Of a stretch of 64,000 nucleotides of DNA, positions 63,385 through 64,000 are shown in pieces. A program made the position numbers and the translations under genes. This DNA is from Spirochaetaceae bacterium UBA5200. GTDB lineage: Bacteria > Spirochaetota > Spirochaetia > Treponematales > UBA12059. The DNA is taken from the NCBI GenBank assembly GCA_002412825.1, contig DHVU01000007.1:3066-67065 (forward strand), written 5' to 3'. Every line of letters starts with the position of its first letter. Within the stretch, counting starts at the first letter, position 1. The notes beneath the pieces were generated by a model. That model did no database searches. It was not told the origin of the DNA and saw nothing but the letters and a program-made list of their open reading frames with translations.

Positions 63385-64000
63385 TTATTTGATAATGCCG
63401 AACTTCTTGCCTACGCTACCGAAGATGTCCAGCGCGCGCTGTAACTGCTCCCTCGTATGGGTGGCCATGTAACTCGTGCGCAGCAGGGCCATGCCTTTGG
63501 GCACGGCGGGAGATACCACGGGATTAGTATAGAGCCCCGCTTCAAACAGTTCCTTCCAGAAGCCGAAGCAAGTCATGTCGTCGCCTATCATGACGGGAAT
63601 AATCGGCGTTTGGGTCGGTCCTATATCAAAGCCCATCTCCCGGTAGCCCTTCATCATGAAATGGGTATTCTCCCACAGGCGCTCCACATGCTCGGGCTCC
63701 GTTTCCATGATATCAAGGGCGGCCATGGCGGCCATCAGGTTAGGCGCGGGCAGAGAAGCGGAGAAGATGAAGCTGCGGGCGGTATGGCGAATATAGTTTA
63801 TTACGTCTTTCTGCCCCGCCACGAATCCGCCAAGCGAGGCGAAGCTCTTAGAGAAGGTGCCCATTGTTAGGTCGACGTCTTTAACCAGGTTAAAGTGGTG
63901 AGCCGTGCCCCTGCCGCCGCCGAGTATGCCTAACGAGTGGGCATCGTCGCAGTATATCCTCGCGCCATGCTTCTTGCAGATGGCCACCAGCTTGGGCAGA
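63385..64000 (-). CDS. alpha-oxoamine synthase family PLP enzyme (serine palmitoyltransferase / 8-amino-7-oxononanoate synthase-like), C-terminal part; 5' end outside the window
   Basis: The frame is open to the window end. The product contains DDAHSLG and a PLP-lysine motif (GTFSKSFASLGGFV). Confidence 0.8.
   Translation of the reverse strand, partial: LPKLVAICKKHGARIYCDDAHSLGILGGGRGTAHHFNLVKDVDLTMGTFSKSFASLGGFVAGQKDVINYIRHTARSFIFSASLPAPNLMAAMAALDIMETEPEHVERLWENTHFMMKGYREMGFDIGPTQTPIIPVMIGDDMTCFGFWKELFEAGLYTNPVVSPAVPKGMALLRTSYMATHTREQLQRALDIFGSVGKKFGIIK

Overview
This is a 64-kb chromosomal segment from a high-G+C bacterium. Sampled 60-nt lines in typical genes give roughly 60-67% G+C. I support 51 protein-coding genes and one tRNA. 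The gene content suggests an anaerobic, motile, possibly spirochaete-like organism; this is a low-confidence guess. Supporting genes are an orphan cheR-cheB pair, a rubrerythrin / superoxide reductase / rubredoxin operon, and many PAS histidine kinases and class III cyclases. Housekeeping blocks: a purF-purM-purN-purD operon (minus strand), prs, eno, parA-parB, radA, malQ and an initiator tRNA-fMet. The rest is envelope and secreted proteins (TPR/transglutaminase-like, PEGA/FlgD-Ig, patatin with a putative C-terminal barrel, VWA lipoprotein), transporters (Na/Pi, MFS) and signal transduction. I saw no CRISPR array, integrase, transposase, restriction system or recognisable defence island. Observations most worth following up: (1) Two tandem palindromic modules next to tRNA-fMet are built from the tRNA's own 3' end, and each carries a bidirectional terminator. 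(2) Directly beside them lies a single-gene island of about 23-40% G+C that encodes a REC-PAS-HisKA_2 kinase. Two intermediate-G+C paralogues sit in tandem at 58-63 kb, and one of them lacks the kinase module. (3) An apparent operon pairs a lipoprotein 5'-nucleotidase homologue that has lost its metal-binding motifs with a membrane HAMP-HisKA-HATPase-REC-cyclase protein. In that protein the phospho-acceptor His and Asp both appear to be replaced by Ala. (4) A free-standing desulforedoxin-like mini-protein is present, and a 53-aa rubredoxin gene is missing from the supplied ORF track. (5) ATA is the majority isoleucine codon in enolase despite the high G+C. All calls come from reading translations and DNA by eye. 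No database search, HMM, folding or statistics could be run. Domain names are motif-level recognitions, and several start codons are choices among alternatives.
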